This document shows, piece after piece, positions 16,538 to 30,679 of a stretch of 64,000 bases of DNA. The stretch is from NCBI RefSeq assembly GCF_009914755.1, contig NC_060930.1; one strand, written 5' to 3'. Position 1 is the first letter of the stretch. Every line of letters starts with the position of its first letter. The notes beneath the pieces are model-generated. The model was not told where the DNA came from. It saw only the letters and a program-made list of their open reading frames with translations, and did no database searches. The DNA comes from the human T2T-CHM13v2.0 reference genome, Homo sapiens. A program made the position numbers and the translations under genes.

Positions 16538-17129
16538 TTAAAATTTTCTCAGTTTCTCCTAGTGTGCAGTGCGCTCTCATTGTCAGGGGACCGCTGTGGG
16601 GAAAGGGGTCGGACAGCTCTGCACTGGGCAGTTCCCTGCTCCCTGGAAGGCTTTCCCATGTTTATATTTTTCTTCCCTTCTCTGTGTAAACAGCCCTGCT
16701 TCCTCCAATTGATCCTGAGTATTTGATACCATTTCCAGACACCATTCTAGTGAAGGTGCTCTGGTTTCCATTGTCCCTGGGAAATGTGGCATCCAGAGCT
16801 GAGCAGAGTTACCCAGATGTCATGTGCCTGGTGCCCGAACAGAAGGAGTGTTGTACCTGTGGCTTAGAGTTGAAATGCAAAGTGAGTGACTTAAGAATTC
16901 ACTAGATGGAAACCCCACTGAAGTGGTGCGTGTCTGTTTCACTGTTTTATCCTCGTTGACTTATGGGCTCAGTAACTATTTTTAAAATGATGGAATGATT
17001 AGATGAAAGAGGAGATGGAAAAAAACAGAGAAAGCAAAAGGAAATGAGCTTATGTAGTGCTTCCTGTCACTTTTGTCTTATGTTAGTCAATCCCAGTGAG
17101 CAACTGGATGTACTCAGAAGATCACTTAG

Positions 17130-17440
<311 letters not shown>

Positions 17441-18626
17441 GAGATCACTTAGTGAGCATGGGATGAGAACAGGGAGGGTGAGAGGATTCTGGGGATAGCC
17501 ACTACCATCTAGAATGGCCAGATATCATGGTCTTTACCCCTGGGAAATTCACCCAGGGGGTGGATTATAGTGTGGATATGCCAAGTCCTGCTAGTAGAAT
17601 GAAAAATTGAATTATAGAACTTGTTGGATTTGTTTTTTAGGATAACTAAAATGTCTTCATGGACACTGTGTCTTTTAATGATTACATTTATATAACATGA
17701 CACTCTGGTGTTTTGTACACTGTAAAAGGTGCATTCTTCTAACACAACACTCACATCTTATTGAAGTGATCCATTGCCACATTGTGGTGTGTAGATCTTA
17801 TTCTTATCTCCATGCAAAATGCTTGGTATGTGGTATGCACTCAACATTGGTAAAGTTGTAGCTTAAACGATCTAGTACATAGTTTTAAACAAAGACAGTT
17901 TAGACATTAAAGCAGTATACGCCTTGTTTGACATGAGGTGTGGGAGCACCAAGCTTGACCCTCTTAGATTCAAATTACTCCTGAATTTAACCAATTCAAC
18001 TCTGATGTATTTTAGCACAGCCATGCTTCAAGATGGTGGAACTTACCCTCCTGTCTTCCCAGACTGATTTCTGTTCCTGCCCTGGGTACTTCTTGACTCC
18101 TCTGAATGGGTACGGGAGTGTGGACCTCAGGGAGGCCCCCTTGGTATGCTCCTCCGCTTTCATTCGGGGATCTCAGACCTAATTTCAGCTTTGCCCAATG
18201 TGAAAGCATTTCCAGAGCAAGGTGACTTCTTCAGGAATTTTCCATGTGGTATCTTTCAGAGTAATAGTGTGTTATCTCTGCCAGAAGCCAGAGGAGAAAT
18301 TTTTACTCAGAGAAAGAGCCATTTTCCTATGGCTACCTTAAGACATAAAAGTATAGTAACATCCATCTCGTAACTGATCATGTTGTCTGTCTGTACTGTA
18401 GCATCCCATGGCTCACCTTTTATGAACTAACTGAATCCCTGGGCCTACTCTACTTTGTAGTCTTGTTCCCTCTGCTATTTGTGTCATATAAATTAATTAG
18501 CTCTTTAGCTTTTTACTTTTATCATGTAACACTGAACTAAGTTACTTAGCCATCTTAAGTCATTTTCTGGAACGTGGTGAGGCCTAAATAAATAAGTAAC
18601 TAATAACTGCAGAATATAAACTATCA

Positions 18627-18942
<316 letters not shown>

Positions 18943-19527
18943 CTAATACAGCAAAAGGCTCAATTATTTTAACAGAGAGCACTAATGGCTGGGTGGAAAT
19001 TGCCACTTCAGGTTTCTTTCTTATGAAAGCTTGCAGAAATTCACTGATCCCTTAATTATGGTGAGACTTAAAGGTTGCAGTTAGTGGAATAGAATTCTTC
19101 AGCTGTGAAATAAAAATTTCCCCCTTAGAACCTTTCTTCTTTGATATGATGGGATGAGAGTACTTTTCCTTCAGTTTCACTCGGAAGAAAATTTCTTATA
19201 CCAGGCCAAGAGCTTATGGGGGTCCAGAACAATGACTAACATCTTCTGCTATACCTCGAGCAATACGGGTGAAATGAGACATGAAAAGCTGAAGAGTTAG
19301 GTATGGATGAAGAAACTGACAGGCCACTACTGATTTTTACCTAAAAGTGATTAAACATTACAACATTCTGTTTTAAGTTCTTATGTATCTAGGTTGTAGA
19401 TCTTAAATATTTGTTGAATTATTTTTGCTTCCTAGTGTAACTCTGCAATCCAAAAGTAAATCTTAAATAAAAACATGAAAATACACATCCCATGCAGTAA
19501 AATTGCAAACACAAATTAAAGGAAGGA

Positions 19528-19697
19528 AGCTGGGCATGGTAGCACATACCTGTAGTCCCAGCTATCCAGGAGGCTGAGGCAGGAGGATTGCTTGAGCCTG
19601 GGAGGTCAAGGCTGCAGTGGACTATGACTGCACTCCAACCTAGGCCTGGGTGACAGAGCAAGACCCTGTCTCTTAAAAAAAAAAAAAAAAAAAAAAA
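19528..19697 (+). mobile_element. FRAM / free right Alu monomer
   Basis: Right arm only, with A tail. Confidence 0.8.
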
Positions 19698-19752
19698 GAG
19701 GAAGGAAAAAAGAGTCAGGCTTATTGGCAAAGTGATCCAATTTAAACAAACC

Positions 19753-20066
19753 AGGCCTAGGACAGTTGTTCACACTTCTAATCCCATCATTTTGGAAGGC
19801 TGAGGTGGGAGGTTTGCTTGAGGCCAGGAGTTTGAGACCAGCCTGGCCAACATAGCAAGACTCCATCTCTAAAAAAAATAAATTAGGCATGGTGGTGTAT
19901 ACCCACAGCCCCAGCTGCTTGGGAGCCTCAGGCGGGAGGATCACTTGAGTTTAGGAGGTCAAGGCTGTAGCGAGCTATGGTCACACCACGGTACTCCAGC
20001 CTGGGCGACAGAGCAAGATCCCATCTCTTTAAAAAAAAACAAAAACAAACAAACAAACAAAAAAAT
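19753..20066 (+). mobile_element. AluJ
   Basis: J-type gcttgaggccaggagtttgag; caacatagcaagac. Confidence 0.85.
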
Positions 20067-20608
20067 CAATAGATTCCCAGTAGTACTCCCTTGTACAGGG
20101 AGCCTGTGCAAGGCTGTAGAAAGTAACATTCTCAAGGGGATGTCCTGGCAGATAGTAAATGCTAAGTAAATAGATTTTGATGGATTGTGGTGGCATACAA
20201 TGAATTTCAACAGGAATTTATTGGAAGGCCATTTACAGTCTAGTTGAGGAAAACCAGTAAGTGAGTAGAAGAGTCGCTACCCATAGGTACATTTAATGAA
20301 TAAGTGATGTGGCTAGTCATTGGTGTGCCCATACTCAGGGATATCATTTAAGGCCCAAGTGGGCAGAGAAGGTTAAATAGGAGAGCGTATTGGGATTGGA
20401 GCTAAAGGATGAGTAGGATTTGGATGGATAGAAAGGAGAAGCACTCTAGGTAGCATAAGCAGAAGTGAGACACCAGGCTCAGTCTGCACTCAGGGAGCAG
20501 AGGACATGGTAACTGTTCACTAAGAGGGTTTATGATCAGGCTATTTGGTGAAGGGGGCTTCTTCTTCTGAAACGTGGACTTCATCCTGTCAGTATTGTGT
20601 TTCCATGA

Positions 20609-21108
<500 letters not shown>

Positions 21109-21480
21109 AGACACAGAGTACTATTTCCAGAAGATGGAGTTGACAATAGTGATTAGAGGGGCATGACACCACTTATAGCCCTTTTAGAGTAAAAAAGGAC
21201 CCTAAAGATTATCAAGTGGTCCATTTGCCGTTTGTTGCCATTGGAAAAACCAAACCAAACAAAACAGGTTCTAAAGGTTACACTACAGCAGGGAGCAGAA
21301 CTGGACTCCAGTCTCCCAGCTGACAGTACTTTCCATGCAGCCGTATGCTGGTAGCCCAGGTAGCTGTGAGGCGAAGGACTACAAGTGGAATGGATTCACT
21401 GGATGGATGCCAGAAACCTTGGGAAGAGAAAAGCAGTAGCTTTGGGCAGCTGATTTAGTGGGGAGTGAGAAGACTCCTAA

Positions 21481-21781
<301 letters not shown>

Positions 21782-22261
21782 TGACAATGTTGAATTTTAA
21801 GTCCTGGTAAAATCGACACATGTTCCGTGAATTGACTGGAATAGAGAAGTCAGACAAGAGTGGAATGATTTCCTGGCAAGGGTGAGAATGTTGACTTTCA
21901 GGTTGCCCTGGGATCTACATGCCTGACCGCCCTGCACTAGTCCATGTGTTGACTGCTGGAGCTCATCTAGTGGGACGGCTGGTTCGTCTGAGACAGGTCA
22001 GCCAGGACTGAAAGGTTAAACAGCAGCCAGCAGGTCATGGAGTCAACGCTTGGACTCCCAGAACTTTGCAAATAGTTAGAGTCTCTTTGAATTTTCAATA
22101 AAAATAAAGATGTGATGGTATTTTTAGGTTTAAAACATGGAGAAAGGGGCCTCCTTTAAAAGGTGAGAAATAACCTACTTGAATCTGATCATATGGACCC
22201 ATTTGTCATAAGCAGGAAACCAAATAAAAGCCAAGACTAGATAGTGTACAAAGTAATATAA

Positions 22262-22558
22262 TTTTTTTTTTTTTTTTGAGACTGAATTTCACTCTTGTTG
22301 CCCAGGTGGAGTGCAGTGACGCAATCTCGGCTCACAGCAATGTCTGCCTCCTGGGTTCAAGCGATTCTGATGCCTCAGCCTCCCAAGCAGCTGAGATTAC
22401 AGGCCTGTGCCACCACTCTGGGCTAATTTTGTGTTTTTCGTAGAGATGGGGTTTCTCCATGTTGGTTAGGCTGGTCTCAAACTCCCGACCTCAGGTGATC
22501 TGCCTGCCTCGGCCTCCCAAAGTGCTGGGATTATAGGCGTGAGCCCCCACGCCTGAGC
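22262..22558 (-). mobile_element. AluSp/Sq-like
   Basis: Antisense dimer; ggtttctccatgttggt diagnostic. Confidence 0.88.
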
Positions 22559-23676
22559 AATATATACATTTTTAAGTAGAGTTTATCTGGAAGTTTCTGT
22601 TCTTCTGGTTTATCTGTTACTTGGTAAGGATCTCTCCGGTGAAGAACACATATAATGTAGTTTGCCAGCTGGGAGATACCACAACTCTACAGCCTTCTTG
22701 TAAAGTGATAAAAAAAACGTAAATCTGTGACCGGCAGCAACTTTCCACAGCAGTTCAGAGCTTGGGTCCTTCCATTAATTGCATGCATCAGTAGTAGCAT
22801 GTGGCATTTTACTTTTAGCTGCATGTGGCTAAGCATCCGATCGCCTCTGGCTTTTTCCACCTCCTCCTTCCTGTACCTAGTGTGGAGGAGGAGAACTTGG
22901 CACTGAGCTGAGCTGGTGGGCGCCTGGTATTCTTCCTCTCCATTTTTGGAACAGAAGGGGGATTTGTCCCTCCTGCTTTTCCAGCTGTGAAGTTCATTTG
23001 GCTTGCAGCCTTGGCAGCATTAAGGGAGGAGGAACGTGTGGATTTCCACAGGAAGGTGGAGACAAAGTGGGAGTGGGGATGAGGGCATGATATTTGTTTT
23101 CCAGGATCTAATTCTGCCCTGGGTGGGTTTTTGAGTCTGGTATTTTGCACAATGGGATGTAGCTCCTAAAGCCAGAATGTCATCATTTAGGGTCAGAGAC
23201 TTAGTTTTGTATTTGACCTAGTCCCTTTTAGTGTGGCTGTAGATGTGTGTGTGTATACATACACAAGCAGGTGAAAGCACACACAGGTACACATTTGTTT
23301 CGGTTTTGGTTTTGGCAAACTACTGATTTCATCTTGCAATACTTGGGTTTTGCTTTTGTTGTTGGATTTATTTATTTTTTTAGCTTCTGTATTAGATACA
23401 ATAAATGTTTGTGGAACTATTTTTTCTACAAATTGTCCAATCTGACAATAAATGCATTTGAGGTTTTTCTCCCCAGTAAGATTTTTGATCACCTGATTCA
23501 TTTTTCTTTTTAACTATACCATACTATAGCAGAGCCTCTTTTAGTCAAAGTATGAATATGAAATCATTTCAGCATGGTCCTTCTCTATTAATAATAAAAT
23601 ATACAAATTTTAACACATCAAGAAAATATTTCAATACTAGCCATGACCTAACTAGAGAAATAAAGTATTAATACTT

Positions 23677-23974
23677 TTGTTTCTTTTTTCTTTTTTTTTT
23701 TTTTTTGAGACGGAGTCTCTCTTTGTCGCCCAGGGTGGAGTGCAGTGGCGTGATCTCTGCTCACTGCAACCCCTGCCTCCCAGTTCAAGCCATTCCCATG
23801 CCTCAGTCTCCTGAGTAGCTGGGACTACAGGTGTGTGCCTTCACACCTGGCTTATTTTTGTATTTTCAGTAGAGACAGGGTTTCAGTATGTTGGCCAGGC
23901 TGGTCTTGAACTACTGATCTCGTGATCCGCCCGCCTCAGCTTCCCAAAGTGCTGGTGAGCCACCATGCCCGGCC
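23677..23974 (-). mobile_element. AluS with an 11-nt deletion near its 5' end
   Basis: aaagtgctg|gtgagccacc versus consensus aaagtgctgggattacaggcgtgagccacc. Confidence 0.88.
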
Positions 23975-24023
23975 TGTTTTAACATTTCTTAGGTAGCTTT
24001 TTAGCTTAATTGTTGGACTTAAT

Positions 24024-24901
<878 letters not shown>

Positions 24902-25197
24902 CTAAGGTATCCATATGTGACTTAATGATGAACAATTCAATCTATAGGTCAAATTTCAAAATCTTCTCACCTCACCAGCCACAGAAAAAATTCACAATTC
25001 ACTTTCTTTTTTTAATGTATTTAAAACATTTCAAACTAAGTTATAATGCCCTCACTTAAGGTTCAAGTTCAGCCACCAGTGTTGTGTGGCTCTCCCAGGT
25101 CATTCTGAGGAGTAATTTCTCATTAAATTCTGCGTAGAATATGCTTTTTCCAAGCAAAGTTTATGTGCATATCATATTCAGAAATTTTAAAGGATGT

Positions 25198-25670
25198 AGC
25201 CAGGTGCAGGGGCTCATGCCTGTAATCCCAGCACTTTTAGAGGCTGAGGTGGAAGGATTGCTTGAGGCCAGGAGTTCAAGACCAGCCTGGCCAACATAAC
25301 GAGACTTGTCTCTATTGGAGGGGTGAGGAAATAAGAAAAAAATATTGAAAGCATTGCTAGGTGAGGTGGCTCATGCCTGTAATCCTAGCATTTTGGGAGG
25401 CCGAAGTGGATGGATCCCGAGGTCGGAAGTTGGAGACCAGTCTGGCCAAGAGACCAGCCTGGCCAATATGGTGAAACCCCATCTCTACTAAAAATACAAA
25501 AATTATCTGGGCGTGGTGGTGGGTACCTGTAATCCCAGCTGCTTGAGAGGCTGAGGCAGGAGAATCACTTGAACCTGGGAGGTGGAGGTTGCAGTAAGCC
25601 GAAGATCATGCCATTGCGCTCCAGCCTGGGAGACAGAGCCAGACTCTGACTCAAAAAAAAAAAAAAAAAA
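25198..25670 (+). mobile_element. FLAM-C monomer (25198-25315) followed by AluS (25357-25670)
   Basis: Left monomer, then a dimer carrying a 17-bp internal tandem duplication. Confidence 0.82.
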
Positions 25671-26507
25671 GGATAGTATATTTACACTTAGGAAACAATA
25701 GTGAATACTTTTCTAATAAACTCTAAAGTTACATTCAACTTCAGAATGCATTTCTTCATGTCCCTTTGCAACATTTAGATGGAGTATCTAAATTTCATAA
25801 ATACGATTTTTCCTTATGACCAAAGAAAGTCCTCCAGTACCAGGAAGGAGTCAAATTCTTGGTGGTTGAGCCACGTGCTCAAGATTGAGCAACAGTTAAG
25901 GAACTCTGATAGCTAATTCTTAACTTAGAAATGGTGATATTTCATGATTTGATGTCTGGGATTTTCTTCAAAGTAAAATGAGATGAACATGAAGTAACAG
26001 TAAAGGTATAGAGGAAACAAAATCAACTCTGAACTGCTGATTGTTGGAGCTGGGTAGTAGGAATTGGGGAGTTTATTATCCTCTTCTCTTTACTTTTGTA
26101 TATTTAAAATTTTCTATAATCATAGGTTTGAAATGAGAGACATGATCATTGCAGCCTAATACAGTGCAATATTTTGACCTTAAGTGATAATTCAGGCTGA
26201 CTATTGCCAAGATATACTTGAGTAAATGTTGTAAAAGCCACGAGATAATCCTTCCAGATATTGTCATGAATAAATGGTTGCACCCCATTCCTCATTTTGA
26301 AAACTCATGAGCAGGCCCATTTCCTTGGCAGTCAGCATGGCGGACTGTAATTCCCAAAGCTGGCCACAGCGATGTCTGCCATCCAGTGTTGCTCTCACGG
26401 TGTGGCTTTGGCACTCCCCCAGCTGAGAGAGGTGGCCGTGAACCCTGGGAGGGCTTGTGACTCTGGCAGATATCTTACCATAGGAGGCTGTTATAGGAGG
26501 CAATACA

Positions 26508-26815
<308 letters not shown>

Positions 26816-26879
26816 AACCAAAGGGGCAATACAGCTGCTGCCTGCCTTTCTCCATATGCTTACTCTTGCAACCCAGCAT

Positions 26880-27158
26880 CCTGCTGTGAGGAAGCCTCAG
26901 CAACCCGTGCAGCCCTAGCATCAGCTTCCAGACATTTGAGTGAGCAAGCTTTCCAGTGATTACAGCCCACCCATCAAGTCATCCCCAGCTTTTGCATGTT
27001 CCCAGCTGAGGCTCCAAACACTGTAGAGCAGAGCAAGCCTTTTCTGCTATTGCCTTTCTGAATTCATATTCACAGAACCTGTGAACATCATAAGGTGCTT
27101 GTTGGTTTATGCCACTACATTTGGGATGATTTGTTACACGGCAGTAGTAAATGAAACA
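26880..27158 (+). mobile_element. MLT1-type LTR 3' part
   Basis: Ends ttgggatgatttgttacacggcagtagtaaatgaaaca, a typical MLT1 terminus. Confidence 0.72.
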
Positions 27159-27844
27159 GTCGGTGTATGTTAGGGGAGGAGAGAAGGTTCTTATTTCTCA
27201 GTGTACAACATGCCCAAAAGTTATACATATTTACACATATACTCAATGATTGTTTTGATGAGGTTCACAATGTTTACTATTTCTGTCTACATTGTGACAT
27301 CCAGATCGGGAGCTGTAGTGTAAACCATCAGCTATTCTCTGAATAAAGGGGTCATGGCTGAGCAGTCAGGTGCATGGCACATGGCACATTATAGGAATTA
27401 CTCTTCTGCTCTTTTGTCATTGACATCATGTGACACTCATCAGTGTTATAATAACGGAATTTTGCCAATAGTTTATTCCATTTTTCTTTCTCCAATCATT
27501 TATAGGTCCTTAACTTAGTGGATGACTTTACAAGCTTCTCCTCAGTTGTGCAATATTTTTACTTTAGAATGTGTTTGCTAGAAGACATGCATCTAAATGA
27601 TGACTGTAATCTCTTATCCTCGGGGGATAAAATTAAGAAGACGTCCTGAAAAAGTTATTCTCTTACTTGGTCTTAAAAAAAACAAGTCACTAGAAATATC
27701 ACTATACAAGATCTCCTGCTCAACATCAGTAAGCTGCCCTTGATAAAACAAACGTCCTGCATGAAAACATTGCCTGTCTCCATGATTTTAACATTATATG
27801 TCAAACTATAGCCCCAATCAATTTTCTGAAAAGTAGCTAAACAA

Positions 27845-28005
27845 GCTGGGCGTGGTCATGAACTATAGTTCTAGCTACTTGGGAGGCTGAGGAATGGCTT
27901 GAGCTCTGGGCACAAGACGGCATTGCGTGATGATCACGCCCATGAATAGCCACTACACTCCAGTGTGGGTAACATAGCAAGATGCTGTTTCTTTAGAAAA
28001 AAAAA
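27845..28005 (+). mobile_element. FAM (fossil Alu monomer)
   Basis: Retains the 7SL-like gatcacgcccatgaatagccactacactccag segment; aa(g/a)tagctaaa TSD-like flanks. Confidence 0.75.
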
Positions 28006-29768
28006 TTTGTTTAAATAGCTAAAAGAATCAAATGCCTATTATAAGTAGCAAATGAACATGCTAAGATGAAATGATTAAAATTTTGCTTCCCTATCATCAA
28101 ACATTTAATATGGTTGTTAATAAGCAACTACTTTGTATGCAGGGGCAGGTACGTTTTGCATAATGTACCATATATGTTACGTTTGTGATATGACATGGCA
28201 AATGATGCACTTAGCAAATAAAATCTATTCAAAAAAATGCAGATAAATAAAAGAAGATCGTTTCCTAGCATGACTATTATGATTACTAGTGAGGTAGAAA
28301 CTTAGAGCTTGAAGAAAAGGTAAAAATGGAGGAGGGGAGGTGAATTGAACCAGTCACTTTTGCTGATGGTTATAGAAGGTCATGGGCTGCAATTGGGTGT
28401 TAAAGGAGCAATTTCAGAGAAAATTTCAGACAAACTAACAGTTTAGTTTCATCATCACTCTGAGTTCTCTGTACCAACTCCTGAATAGGAAGGAAGATTT
28501 GGGATTAAAAAATTGCTAATTATACTTTTGCTTACCTCCTGCCATTTAAGTTTGTAAATTTCTCTATGTGAGGCTGAAAGGTTAGGTCCTGGAAAATTGT
28601 GATTGGTCTGTAAGCACCAGAAATGTCCAAAAGTATATATCCCCTTTGTTAACTGCACCTGAGCCTGACATCCTACCATTCACATTTGGAATATATAACT
28701 CAAAACATTGTCCATATACTGTTTGGTAGAAATGGTGTATCAAGTTTGGTACAGAAATATGTCTGTCATGAACAGCGGCAGCAATGAAAACCAGGAGGAG
28801 GTTAATGAGAGTTCTATGGAGGTTTTACGCCACTGTGATAACTTTTTATAACAAGGGCCTGAGATTAGGGGAAGAGTGAGTTGCCAGTTCATTAAATTCT
28901 TGTCCATTAAAACCCATTTCTCTTTCTGGCCGCTTGTCTACAGTCATCCCATTCTCAGATGTACTCATCCCAGCACATTCTTTTTTTTTCATTGTGGCAA
29001 AAAAAAAAAAAAAAAAACCAAAACAAACAAACAAAAAAAACCACGTAACATAAAATTCACACTCCCAACAGTTTACCCAAGTGTGCGGTGCAGCGTTGTC
29101 AGCCACATGCACATTGTTGAGCAACAGATTCCCAGAACACTCCCCCACAATCCTGCATGAAAGTGCATTCATTCCGATACTCTGTATTCGTGCTGGATTC
29201 CTGTTCCTTATTTAAAAGTATAACTTTGCTCTGAGTTATACTTATTTTAATACTTTATTGCTACTTTTATACATCAACAAAAGGTTTTCGGTATTGGTGT
29301 AGTTTTATAATTGTGTTAATGATGAAAAGGGCAATTGAACAATTAGATGCATGTGAAAATGCATAATTTACATAATTTATTTTTATCACAGGTAATTTGT
29401 TTATCTAAATACTCTTCGTTTTCTTTTACTTTCAAAGGAGATACAGCCTCCTTGAACTATGAAATGAGGGTGTTACACTATATGGTTTTATCTGTAATAT
29501 TCTTTGATTCTTCTGCCTCTCACAATTTAATGATATTTCAGTGCATTCTTAATATCAAGTATTTATATTTCATTTATCAACTCGATACCGCGCGAGTGTT
29601 TGTTTTTAAATTTCCAGATAGGTCAGTTCATTTGTGTTAGGGAAGTATAGTGATTTTTAAGGCTGCAAGATAACATTCAGTTAGCTTCCCAACTTCCTAA
29701 AGACATTAACAACTTCTCCTAAGCTATTAAGTGCTCTGAATACATTTAGAACTTTAAAATTGGATTGG

Positions 29769-30074
<306 letters not shown>

Positions 30075-30455
30075 CTAGTGTCGTTGGAAAACAGCTAAAC
30101 TCAAATGGGTTGCAGTAAATTCAGTGTCTTAGTGACCAACTAAGTATATCCACAGAATTATTTCACCATGAACTTTCAGTCCCCTTGACTGAAATTGTGC
30201 TTTTTTTCTTCTGAAATAAAATTGTCAGCAGAGTCTGGCAACAAAGTTTGGAAAATATTTCAATCTTAGGGGGCTAGAGCTCTCATTTTAAAAGTATTTT
30301 AGTTTTCCCAGAAAATCTGTTTATCTCTGCCATCTCCTCCCACTCTATACCCCAACCTTTCCCGAATCCTCCCCTCTCTTCTTACATGTCTATTTGTCTT
30401 TCTCGCGTGTGACATGTTTGGAAGTCCCGTTAAACTGGCATCTGTTCTGTTTTAG

Positions 30456-30506
30456 GAGAAACCCGATGCTAGCCCCACGTCACTTCAGCTGCGGTCCCAG
30501 ATCGAA
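30456..30506 (+). CDS. SASH1: SASH1 coding exon (likely exon 3), 51 nt, phase 0-0, EKPDASPTSLQLRSQIE
   Basis: Acceptor tctgttctgttttag|GAG, donor GAA|gtaagc; open frame; peptide matches recalled SASH1 sequence. Confidence 0.95.
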
Positions 30507-30629
30507 GTAAGCACAATGACTTTAATCATCTAGTTTTGCTTCTGCCTTTTTTTTTTAAGTGACACTCTGTACAAATCAGATGAAGCCTGCTCCTCTGACC
30601 ACACTGACTATACGAATCTTCTCTCGTAG

Positions 30630-30679
30630 GAGTCGCTTGGCTTCTGTAGCGCCGTGTCAACCCCAGAAGTGGAAAGAAA
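30630..30679 (+). CDS. SASH1: SASH1 coding exon (likely exon 4), 50 nt, phase 0-2, ESLGFCSAVSTPEVER(K)
   Basis: Branch-like ctgac at 30604-30608, acceptor tcttctctcgtag|GAG, donor AA|gtaagt; follows a 123-nt intron. Confidence 0.95.

Noticed and set aside
30507-30629. 123-nt intron, a multiple of 3, as a possible in-frame retained intron
   Set aside because: Contains an in-frame TAG after 8 codons (GTA AGC ACA ATG ACT TTA ATC ATC TAG).
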